Assembly: GCA_028278545.1 (NCBI GenBank)
Contig: JANQED010000133.1
Span: 20,934 to 84,933, forward strand
Direction: 5' to 3'
Source of the DNA: Anaerolineales bacterium
GTDB lineage: Bacteria > Chloroflexota > Anaerolineae > Anaerolineales > UBA11858
DNA: 64,000 nt
Shown: positions 8,880-17,447 of the stretch, piece by piece
How positions within the stretch are numbered: position 1 is the stretch's first letter
How the letters are laid out: every line of letters starts with the position of its first letter
Notes under the pieces: model-generated
Databases searched by the model: none
What the model was told of the DNA's origin: nothing
What the model saw: the letters and a program-made list of their open reading frames with translations, nothing else
Position numbers and translations under genes: made by a program

Positions 8880-8967
8880 AATGATCAATAGTGAATTGTC
8901 AAGGGATAATTGCTAACGGTAAAAGCTCATTCACCATTTACAATTGACTATTAATCCGGAGGCGTTC

Positions 8968-10029
8968 ATGCTCGAAAATATAGAAGAGATCAAACAAGCA
9001 GGTCTAACAGCTCTGGTTGAGGTCAAAGACGAGGACGCGCTCAATCAATGGCGTGTGACCCACCTGGGACGCAGTTCCGCGATCATGGATGTGTTCAAGA
9101 ACATGGGGGAGGTCCCCAAAGAGGAGCGCGGCGCGGTGGGACGCGCGGCCAACCAGGTCAAACAGGCCCTGGAGGCAGCGCTCACCGAAAAAATGGCTGC
9201 CCTGCACGAGGTCGCATTGCAGCGCTCCCTCGGCGAGGAACACCTGGACGTGACCCTACCGGGACGTGCTATCCCGCGCGGACGCCTGCATCCCGTCACC
9301 CAAACCCTGCGCGAAATCTACCGCGTCTTCGCCGATATGGGCTTCCAGGTTTATCGTTCGCGCGAAGTCGAGACCGACGAATTCAACTTCCAACTGCTCA
9401 ACTTCCCCCCTCACCACCCGGCCCGGGAGATGCAGGACTCGTTCTACATCAAGACGGATGAGGATCGCGGCGATAATCCGTTCCTGCTGCGCACCCATAC
9501 TTCCCCAGGGCAGATCCACGCCATGCGCGAATTTTCGGCCACCGATCCAGAGAATCCGCCGCCTGTACGCATCATCCTGCCGGGCATGTGCTATCGCTAC
9601 GAGCAGGTCAGCGCCCGTTATGAATCTCAATTCACCCAGGTGGAAGGACTGGCCGTGGGGTATAAGATCACCTTCAGCGATCTCAAAGGCACGCTCTCCG
9701 ATTTCGCCCGGCGCATGTTCGGGCAGGACGTACAGGCGCGTTTCCGCGCCTCCCACTTCCCTTTCACCGAGCCCAGCGCCGAGATGGACATTGAATGTTT
9801 TCTGTGCGGCGGCGACGGCTGCTCCGTCTGCAAGGGGACGGGCTGGCTGGAAATCCTCGGCTGCGGCATGGTTCACCCCATCGTGCTGGAAAACGGGGGG
9901 TATGACCCTGAGCGCTACACCGGCTTTGCCTTTGGCATGGGCCCCGAGAGGATTACCATGCTGCGTCATCGCATCGAAGACATCCGCTACTTCTGGGCCA
10001 ATGACCTGCGTTTCCTGGAGCAATTCTAA
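8968..10029 (+). CDS. pheS: phenylalanine--tRNA ligase alpha subunit
   Basis: GGAGG 8958-8962, then ATG 8968. Class II motifs (HPVTQ..., FPPHHPAREMQDSFY, LLRTHTSPGQI, FRASHFPFTEPSAEMD, GFAFGMGPERI). Cys knuckle CFLCGGDGCSVCKGTGW as in Gram-positive-type PheS. Confidence 0.95.
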   Translation: MLENIEEIKQAGLTALVEVKDEDALNQWRVTHLGRSSAIMDVFKNMGEVPKEERGAVGRAANQVKQALEAALTEKMAALHEVALQRSLGEEHLDVTLPGRAIPRGRLHPVTQTLREIYRVFADMGFQVYRSREVETDEFNFQLLNFPPHHPAREMQDSFYIKTDEDRGDNPFLLRTHTSPGQIHAMREFSATDPENPPPVRIILPGMCYRYEQVSARYESQFTQVEGLAVGYKITFSDLKGTLSDFARRMFGQDVQARFRASHFPFTEPSAEMDIECFLCGGDGCSVCKGTGWLEILGCGMVHPIVLENGGYDPERYTGFAFGMGPERITMLRHRIEDIRYFWANDLRFLEQF

Positions 10030-10111
10030 GAAGCGCGCTGAACGATTTCGTTTTACCTGCGCTTCGCAAACCATGCAAACGAACCGTGAGCACTAGATGA
10101 AGGTGTAAACT

Positions 10112-10477
10112 ATGACCGAACAATCTCAACCCGATCTGGCTTCCCAATTTCGCGAATTGGGTGACAATCTAAGAAGTATTTTACATACCGCCTGGGGCAG
10201 TGAAGAAGCCCAAAAACTGCGCCAGGACCTCAAGAATGGGCTTGCCGAATTGGGCCAGGCTGCCAACGACGCTGTGGAAGAATTCAATGCCAGCGAAGCC
10301 GGGCAGCGCCTCAAAGCAGAGACTGATGAGTTTAAAGCGCGTGTGGCAAGCGGCGAAGTCGAAACCAAAGCACGTCAGGAGATTTCCAAAGCCCTCCACA
10401 CCATCAACGCCGAACTGCAAAAAGCCATCGACCAAATCCCCAAGGCTGAAAACACGGATCCCGATCAGGACGCCTGA
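10112..10477 (+). CDS. hypothetical small acidic helical protein encoded between pheS and pheT
   Basis: 121 aa, ATG start, Glu/Lys/Ala/Gln-rich with predicted long helices. No family recognised. Confidence 0.55.
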   Translation: MTEQSQPDLASQFRELGDNLRSILHTAWGSEEAQKLRQDLKNGLAELGQAANDAVEEFNASEAGQRLKAETDEFKARVASGEVETKARQEISKALHTINAELQKAIDQIPKAENTDPDQDA

Positions 10478-10554
10478 TGGGCAATTTCACCAACCTCAAA
10501 ACACAAAGCCCTGCACGCTCCAACTGACCAACCATCGAACGAACGGACAAACCT

Positions 10555-13113
10555 ATGAAAGTACCTTTATCTTGGATCAAAGAATACGTTGATATCGACC
10601 TGCCTATCGAAGACTTGGCCCGGCGCATGACCCTGGCCGGGTTGGAGGTGGAAGAAATCCGCTATGTGGGATATCCACTCCCCGAGGGCGATCTGCGCCG
10701 CGAGACCAAGATCACCGGCTTTGCATGGGGGCCAGATAAGATTGTGGTGGGTGCCATACTCGAGGTGATGCCTCACCCCGATGCCGACAAACTGGTGCTC
10801 TGCAAGCTCGATGACGGCGATCAGGTCCACACCGTACTGACCGGCGCGCCAAATCTGTATGAATTCAAAGGAACAGGCCCGCTGGACAGCCCCCTCAAAG
10901 TGGCTTACGCTCGCGAAGGCGCCACCATCATCAATGCCTACGAGCCTGGGGACAACCCCACAACCATCAAACGCAAAAAAATCCGCGGCGTGGAGTCCTA
11001 CTCGATGGCTTGTTCAGAGCGCGAGCTGGGCATCTCCGACGAACACGAAGGCATCATCCTCCTCGATAGCGACGCACCCATTGGGGTGCCCCTGGCGGAC
11101 TATATGGGTGATGTAGTTTTCGATATCGCCATCACCCCCAATATCGCCCGCAACGCTAATGTCATCGGTGTGGCGCGCGAGGTCGCCGCCATCACTGGGT
11201 CAGCGTTGCGCTTTCCTGATTTGGAAATCCCCAGAGAGGGGCCTTCCCTGGAAAGGCGCGTAAAGATCGAGATCACCGATCCCAGCCTGAATCCCCGTTT
11301 CGTGTTCGGCCTGATCGAAAACGTGAAAATCCAGCCCAGCCCTTATAAAGTGCAACTGCGGCTCAAACTGACCGGGATGCGCCCCATCGATGCGCTGGTT
11401 GACGCTACGAACTACGCCATGCTCGAGTTAGGTGAGCCGCTGCACGCCTTCGATTATGACGTACTGCTCCAACGCGCCAAAGCCGCTGGGGCAGATCATC
11501 CCACCATCATCACCCGCCCGGCCGTGCCAGGAGAAAAACTGGTCACCCTCGATGACATCGAGCGTACTCTGGATGATTTCACGGTGCTGGTATGCGACCA
11601 ATCCGGACCGTTGGCCCTGGCAGGCGTGATGGGCGGCGCTGAGTCCGAGGTCAGCGGGGACACCACCAATATCTTGCTGGAGGGCGCGGCCTGGAATATC
11701 ATCAACACCCGCCGCACGGTGATCTCTCAGAACCTGACATCGGAGGCCGCTTATCGTTTCTCGCGTGGAATCCACCCTGAGTTGGCCCCAAAAGGGGTGC
11801 TGCGCGGCCTCAAACTGATGCACGAATGGGCTGGCGGCACGATTGCCGGAGACCTGATCGATGAATATCCTCTGCCCCCTGAGGACCCCATCGTTGAAAT
11901 CACCCCCGAGGATGTACGCCGCTGGCTGGGAATCGAGCTAAGCGTCGAGGAGATCATCGAAATACTCCAATTATTGGAATTCAAGTGTGAAACCGCCTCT
12001 CATCCTCCCTCCGCTGTCATCATTCGAGCAACAACACCCGATCATCGACTAGACATCGGTACTGGCGTGATAGGAAAAGCCGATCTGATGGAGGAAATCG
12101 CCCGCGTGTACGGGTATGACCGCATCCCTGAGACGCGCATGGCCGATGATCTGCCCCCTCAAAAGGGGAATTTCGACCTGGAAATGGAGGATGCGCTGCG
12201 CGACCTGTTGGTTGGCCTGGGCCTCCAGGAGGTCATCACCCACCGCCTGACTTCCCCCGAGCGCGAGACCCGCCGCTTATCGCCAGATACACCACCCGAG
12301 GATGCACTTTATTTCACCCTGTCCAACCCCATCACCCCGGAACGCGCCGTGCTGCGCCACAGTCTGCTCTCCTCTGTGCTGGAAATCGTCGAACGCAACG
12401 CCCGCATCCGGGAGCGCATTGCTATCTTCGAGATCAACCCCGTCTTCCTGGCTTCCGAAGACGGAGATTTCCCAGACGAAGCCAAACATCTGGTGATCGC
12501 CCTCACCGGCCCGCGCGCCCTGGCCGACTGGGCCGGCGCTGACACGGCCCCAATGGACTTCTTCGATCTCAAAGGCATGATCGACTCCACACTGCGGGGT
12601 TTACATCTGGAAGATATCCGCTATCAAGCCGCCGGACATCCCAGTTTCCACCCTGGGAAATGCGCCCGCGTACTGCTTGGGGCGAACCAAATCGGCGTGA
12701 TGGGTGAACTGCACCCCCAGGTGAAGGAAAACTACGACCTGCCCGAAACACCCCTGCTGGCCGCCGACTTCGACATGACCGCCATCATCGATGCCGTCCC
12801 CAAACTCTTCGACGTGCCCTCCATCCCCAGCCAGCCCCCGATCCTGGAAGATATCGCCCTGATCGTGGACGAAGCCATCCCTGCTGCTGAAGTAGAAGCG
12901 CTCATCCGCCAGACAGGTGGCCGCACTGTTACTAACGTGCGTCTGTTCGATATCTATCACGGCGAGCAGATCGGCAAGGGAAAGAAGTCTCTAGCCTACA
13001 GCCTGACTTACCAAAACCCAGAACGAACCCTGACAGACAAAGATGCCGCCAAGCTGCGCAACAAGATCGTCAAACGGCTGGAAAGGGAACTGGCTGCACA
13101 ACTGAGAGGATGA
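10555..13113 (+). CDS. pheT: phenylalanine--tRNA ligase beta subunit
   Basis: 852 aa. N-terminus MKVPLSWIKEYVDIDL and the tRNA-binding, B3/4, B5 and FDX-ACB regions have the usual PheT layout (…GVMGGAESEV…, C-terminal LFDIYHGEQIGKGKKSLAYSLTYQ). Confidence 0.95.
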   Translation: MKVPLSWIKEYVDIDLPIEDLARRMTLAGLEVEEIRYVGYPLPEGDLRRETKITGFAWGPDKIVVGAILEVMPHPDADKLVLCKLDDGDQVHTVLTGAPNLYEFKGTGPLDSPLKVAYAREGATIINAYEPGDNPTTIKRKKIRGVESYSMACSERELGISDEHEGIILLDSDAPIGVPLADYMGDVVFDIAITPNIARNANVIGVAREVAAITGSALRFPDLEIPREGPSLERRVKIEITDPSLNPRFVFGLIENVKIQPSPYKVQLRLKLTGMRPIDALVDATNYAMLELGEPLHAFDYDVLLQRAKAAGADHPTIITRPAVPGEKLVTLDDIERTLDDFTVLVCDQSGPLALAGVMGGAESEVSGDTTNILLEGAAWNIINTRRTVISQNLTSEAAYRFSRGIHPELAPKGVLRGLKLMHEWAGGTIAGDLIDEYPLPPEDPIVEITPEDVRRWLGIELSVEEIIEILQLLEFKCETASHPPSAVIIRATTPDHRLDIGTGVIGKADLMEEIARVYGYDRIPETRMADDLPPQKGNFDLEMEDALRDLLVGLGLQEVITHRLTSPERETRRLSPDTPPEDALYFTLSNPITPERAVLRHSLLSSVLEIVERNARIRERIAIFEINPVFLASEDGDFPDEAKHLVIALTGPRALADWAGADTAPMDFFDLKGMIDSTLRGLHLEDIRYQAAGHPSFHPGKCARVLLGANQIGVMGELHPQVKENYDLPETPLLAADFDMTAIIDAVPKLFDVPSIPSQPPILEDIALIVDEAIPAAEVEALIRQTGGRTVTNVRLFDIYHGEQIGKGKKSLAYSLTYQNPERTLTDKDAAKLRNKIVKRLERELAAQLRG

Positions 13114-13206
13114 ACACTTACCTTTAGGGCCTTTTTACCTATTGAAATTGGCACATTTTTCATCTACACTCTTAGAAACCCTGATCGTGATGATAAGGAG
13201 AATGAT

Positions 13207-13518
13207 ATGGACAAAAAAACGCAAGGTATTATCGCTACTGTAGTCACTTCATTATTGTGTGGATTACCGGGTCTCTGCATGTTATGCTTTGACCCTGTGT
13301 CTATGATAGTTGGTGCCATCCCTGAATCCGAAATCGACATTTTTGGCCGCAGCGAGCCTGGCGCGGCAATAGGCTTTGGCATTGCTACCCTGTGTGTGGG
13401 CGTCATCTTCATCGCTATCCCCATTGTAGTCGGTCTCCTGATGCTGCGCGAAAAGCCAGAAGACGTCATCGAAGGAGAAGAAGTGGTGGAGGAAGAAATC
13501 CCCGGCGATGATTTATAG
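13207..13518 (+). CDS. small membrane protein, acidic C-terminus
   Basis: 103 aa. AAGGAG SD before the ATG. Two hydrophobic helices and an EGEEVVEEEIPGDDL tail. Confidence 0.55.
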   Translation: MDKKTQGIIATVVTSLLCGLPGLCMLCFDPVSMIVGAIPESEIDIFGRSEPGAAIGFGIATLCVGVIFIAIPIVVGLLMLREKPEDVIEGEEVVEEEIPGDDL

Positions 13519-13534
13519 CGATTAACAAACAAGC

Positions 13535-13576
13535 GAAAAAAGCGGGTTGCGAGTGAAGCTCACAACCCGCTTTTTT
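13535..13576. terminator. bidirectional intrinsic terminator
   Basis: Stem AGCGGGTTG (13541-13549) / CAACCCGCT (13563-13571), flanked by an A-run on the left and T6 on the right. It sits between convergent genes. Confidence 0.75.
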
Positions 13577-14544
13577 CAGCTTTCTGGCTCATTCCCTAAG
13601 ACGGTATCGATCTCGTCAAGCAAATCTTCGCTCAACAATTCGATTGCTTCTGCTGCCCCCAGATTATCTTCCAATTGACTCAACCGAGTAGCGCCGGTGA
13701 TCACGCTGCTGACCTCCTTACGGCGCAACAACCAGGCAATCGCCAATTGAGCCTGGGTAATGCCCAAATCCGCCGCGATCAACCCCAAATCCCGGACGAT
13801 GTCCAGCCGCTCGGGGGTGAGATAATTTTGTACCCAGGCCATATTCTCCAAGGAGGCCCGGCTTCCCTTGGGGATGCCGTCATTATATTTCCCGGTCAGA
13901 ATACCAAAATACAGCGGGCTGAAGGTCGTCAAGCCCAACCCTAGTTCTTTGGCCAAAGGCCCGATTTCGGTCTCGAAGCGTTCCCGGTGCAACATGCTGT
14001 ATTGCGGCTGCTCCATGGCAGGCGGAATGAGGTTATATTGACGCGCCACCCCAAAGGCCTGCGATATCTGGGCAGCACCCCACTCAGAAGTACCCCAGTA
14101 CAGGATCTTGCCCTGTTGGATGAGTGTGTTCATCGTAAAGACAACTTCCTCGATGGGGGTATCCGGATCATAACGATGACAAAAATATAGATCGACATAA
14201 TCCGAACCCAAACGCTTCAACGAAGCATGGATCGACTCCATCACATGTTTACGAGACAACCCGCGTCCATTAGGGCCTGGCATGGTGGGCCAAAACACCT
14301 TACTGGATATCACCAGGGCCTCACGGGGTAGGTCTTTGATGGCCTTCCCCATGATGACCTCTGCCGTCCCATTGCCGTAGGCATCGGCATTATCGAAATA
14401 ATTGACCCCCTTATCATATGCTGCGTGGATCAGGTCGCTGGCCATGCCTTCATCAAGCTGACCGCCAAAAGTCACCCAGGCACCCAAAGAGGTCTCACTG
14501 ACCTTCAACCCAGACCTTCCTAAACGTCGATAGTGCATTTTCAC
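13576..14544 (-). CDS. aldo/keto reductase (Kv-beta-like subfamily)
   Basis: MKMHYRRLGRSGLKVSETSLGAWVTFG...YFDNADAYGNGTAEVIMG...DLYFCHRYD...ILYWGTSEW, a typical AKR pattern. Confidence 0.85.
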   Translation of the reverse strand: MKMHYRRLGRSGLKVSETSLGAWVTFGGQLDEGMASDLIHAAYDKGVNYFDNADAYGNGTAEVIMGKAIKDLPREALVISSKVFWPTMPGPNGRGLSRKHVMESIHASLKRLGSDYVDLYFCHRYDPDTPIEEVVFTMNTLIQQGKILYWGTSEWGAAQISQAFGVARQYNLIPPAMEQPQYSMLHRERFETEIGPLAKELGLGLTTFSPLYFGILTGKYNDGIPKGSRASLENMAWVQNYLTPERLDIVRDLGLIAADLGITQAQLAIAWLLRRKEVSSVITGATRLSQLEDNLGAAEAIELLSEDLLDEIDTVLGNEPES

Positions 14545-14702
14545 TCCTAATTTACTTCACACAGACAAAACAAAATATGTACTCATTGTACACAACCAGG
14601 GCTTCGGATTCAACAGGCAACTTGGCCTCCTCCAAAATTGGCCGTCAAAGCACATTCCTTGCCTCTCACTGGTGCTAGTGTTATCATCTACGCCACAGTA
14701 CT

Positions 14703-15212
14703 ATGCTTAGCGACCCATCTCCGCGCACTCGCCTTAGAATACTGCTTATCGCCATCACATTAGCGACACTGCCCTGTTATTGTGCCGGTTTGGTGGTACT
14801 GCGCTACGATAATCGGCCCACCCCGACACCAACTGTGACTCCTCCGCCGACTTCTACAGAAACTCAAGAGCCGTATGTTGCTTCGCCATTCCCTACGCTG
14901 ACACCCTACCCAACTCTGACGCCGCTACCGCCCACACATACCCAAACTGCATCCCTCACCCCCAGCATCACCGAGACCGCCACCTCGACCCCGACGGATA
15001 TGCCAACCAACACGGCCACGGCCACATTCACCGGGACTCTGACCCCAAGCCACACCCCAACGCCACCAGCGACCGAGACTTCAGCGCCCACCGAGACCTT
15101 TACGATTACCCTAACACAACCCCCCGCCGCTACCATGACACCAACCCTACCGCCAACGGTGGAGGCAACCATTACAGAGACTTTAGCTCCCAGCGCGACA
15201 GCCACCCAATAA
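14703..15212 (+). CDS. membrane-anchored Thr/Pro-rich (mucin-like) low-complexity protein
   Basis: 169 aa. N-terminal TM helix (LRILLIAITLATLPCYCAGLVVL). The remaining roughly 130 aa are almost entirely T/P/A/S repeats. Confidence 0.5.
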   Translation: MLSDPSPRTRLRILLIAITLATLPCYCAGLVVLRYDNRPTPTPTVTPPPTSTETQEPYVASPFPTLTPYPTLTPLPPTHTQTASLTPSITETATSTPTDMPTNTATATFTGTLTPSHTPTPPATETSAPTETFTITLTQPPAATMTPTLPPTVEATITETLAPSATATQ

Positions 15213-15225
15213 CCCCGCCTATCGC

Positions 15226-16284
15226 ATGAAAAATCTCTCCAAATTTCTGATCCAATTGATCTCGTCGCCAGGATTATCCGGCTATGAGGGCCCCATCCGG
15301 CAATTGATCGAAGAAGCCTGGGAACCCCTGACGGACGAACTCAGCGTCAGCCGCTTGGGTAGTCTGCACGGCCTGAAACGGGGGAACAGCCCAGCCCCTC
15401 GCCCGTCGATTCTGCTCGCCGCTCACATGGACGCCATTGGGCTGCTGGTCTCTAAAGTCACCGACGGCTTCCTACATCTCAGCGAGATCGGGGGACTCGA
15501 TCACCGCGTGCTGCCGGGGCAACTGGTTACCGTCCATGGGCGAGAGGAACTGCCTGGGGTCATCGTCCAACCGCCAGCCCATTTATTGCCTCCCAATGCA
15601 GGCAGCGGCCCCGTTCCCCTGGAAAATCTACTGGTGGATACAGGCCTGCCCCCTGATGAAGTCTCGAAAAAGGTGCGGATTGGCGACTCAATCTCCTTTG
15701 CCCAGGAACCGATTAAGATGGGCAAGAATATCCTGGCTGGCCCCTCTCTGGATAACCGCGCTTCGGTGGCTGCGCTGACCCATTGTCTTGACTTATTGAG
15801 CAAAAGAGCCTCTCTCTGGGATGTATGGGCCGTAGCTACCGTTCAAGAAGAAGAGACCATGGCTGGCGCGCTGACCTCGGCCTATCAACTGCGCCCCAAG
15901 TTAGCCTTGGCCATTGATGTGACCTGGGCCCATGGACCAGACACCCCCAAACACAAGACTTATCCCCTGGGCAAGGGTGTCACTCTCGGTTGGGGGCCAA
16001 ACATCCATCCAGGACTTCAGGCAACCTTCAAAAAGGTCGCCGAACGGCTGGAAATCCCCCACAAACTTGAGGCCATGCCCCGGCACTCCGGTACCGACGC
16101 TTACGCGTTGCAGATCGCCCGCCAGGGCATCCCCACCATGGTGATCGGCCTCCCCTTGCGCTACATGCACACCCCGGTGGAGATGATCGCTTTGAAGGAT
16201 GTCAAACGCGCCGGACGGCTGTTGGCGGAGTTCGTCACCTCATTAGAACTCGATTACATGGATTCCCTGTCATGGGATATTTGA
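15226..16284 (+). CDS. M42 family metallo-aminopeptidase (FrvX/TET-like), paralog 1
   Basis: SPGLSGYEGPIRQLI..., AAHMDAIGLLV, LDNRASVAAL, VQEEETMAGA, and MPRHSGTDAY...RYMHTPVEM near the C-terminus. Confidence 0.85.
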   Translation: MKNLSKFLIQLISSPGLSGYEGPIRQLIEEAWEPLTDELSVSRLGSLHGLKRGNSPAPRPSILLAAHMDAIGLLVSKVTDGFLHLSEIGGLDHRVLPGQLVTVHGREELPGVIVQPPAHLLPPNAGSGPVPLENLLVDTGLPPDEVSKKVRIGDSISFAQEPIKMGKNILAGPSLDNRASVAALTHCLDLLSKRASLWDVWAVATVQEEETMAGALTSAYQLRPKLALAIDVTWAHGPDTPKHKTYPLGKGVTLGWGPNIHPGLQATFKKVAERLEIPHKLEAMPRHSGTDAYALQIARQGIPTMVIGLPLRYMHTPVEMIALKDVKRAGRLLAEFVTSLELDYMDSLSWDI

Positions 16285-16336
16285 GGCATAAGAGATTCCG
16301 AATCTCTTGTACCTGAAATCCAATTCAAGAGCATTT

Positions 16337-17407
16337 ATGACAGAAAAACCCTATCAACCCAAGATTCTCGCTGCTCAAATCCGCCAGTTAGAGCGTCTAA
16401 CCAACGCCTGCGCGGTTTCCGGCGACGAAGGGCCGGTAAGAGCGATTGTCTTAGAAGAGATCGCGGATCACGCCGACGACGTCCAGGTCGATGCGTTGGG
16501 GAATGTGTTGGTCACCAAGCATGGAAGGGGCGAAAACTGCCCACGCGTGATGCTGGCCGCCCATATGGACGAGGTCGGCTTCATGATCACCTACGACGAG
16601 GGGGAGGGGCTATTCCGTTTCGACACCGTTGGCGGCCTGGATGAGCGTCAACTGATCGGCAAGCCCGTTTGGGTCGGGGCAGACTGCACCCCCGGCGTGA
16701 TCGGCGCAAAACCAGTGCATCTATCGAGCGGTGAAGAACGCCGCAAGGCCATTGCAATAGACTCCTTGCGTATTGATGTCGGCCCCGGCAATGATGGCAA
16801 GGTCAGAGTCGGGGACCGGGCCACTTTTGCGACCCCATTTCAACGAATCGGCAAGAGCCTGCGCGCCAAAGCCATTGATGATCGCATCGGTGTGGCTACG
16901 CTGATCGAACTGGTCAAACACGCCCCGCCCAATATCGAGTTGCTCGCCGCCTTCACCGTGCAGGAGGAGGTCGGGTTGCGCGGGGCGCGAGTGGCCGCCT
17001 ATACTTTCAACCCCGATCTGGCGATCGCTATCGACAGCACCCCGGCGATGGATCTGCCCGCCTGGGATGGAGAAGAAAATATACGCTACAACACCAGGCT
17101 AGGCGCTGGCCCGGCGATCTACATCGCTGACGGGGCAACCCTCTCCGACCCGCGCCTGATCCGGCACCTGCGGGAAACTGCCGAGGCCGAAGGCATCCCA
17201 TACCAACTCCGCCAGCCGGGGGGAGGCGGCACCGATGCCGGTGCCATCCACCGCCAACGCGCCGGCATTCCCAGCGTCTCAGTTTCAGTCCCAGCGCGCT
17301 ACCTCCATACCGCCGCGTCGATCGCACGAATCGATGACTGGCGAAATACCCTCTCACTCTTATATGCCTCGCTCTCTCGCATATCCGCTGACACATTGTC
17401 ACGCTAA
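16337..17407 (+). CDS. M42 family metallo-aminopeptidase, paralog 2
   Basis: I prefer the ATG at 16337 (MTEKPYQ). AAHMDEVGFMI, IDDRIGVATL, VQEEVGLRGA, GGGTDAGAIH...RYLHTAASI. Confidence 0.85.
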   Translation: MTEKPYQPKILAAQIRQLERLTNACAVSGDEGPVRAIVLEEIADHADDVQVDALGNVLVTKHGRGENCPRVMLAAHMDEVGFMITYDEGEGLFRFDTVGGLDERQLIGKPVWVGADCTPGVIGAKPVHLSSGEERRKAIAIDSLRIDVGPGNDGKVRVGDRATFATPFQRIGKSLRAKAIDDRIGVATLIELVKHAPPNIELLAAFTVQEEVGLRGARVAAYTFNPDLAIAIDSTPAMDLPAWDGEENIRYNTRLGAGPAIYIADGATLSDPRLIRHLRETAEAEGIPYQLRQPGGGGTDAGAIHRQRAGIPSVSVSVPARYLHTAASIARIDDWRNTLSLLYASLSRISADTLSR

Positions 17408-17447
17408 ACGATTCACGTGCTAACGCGCAAACGATTTAGGAACTCAT

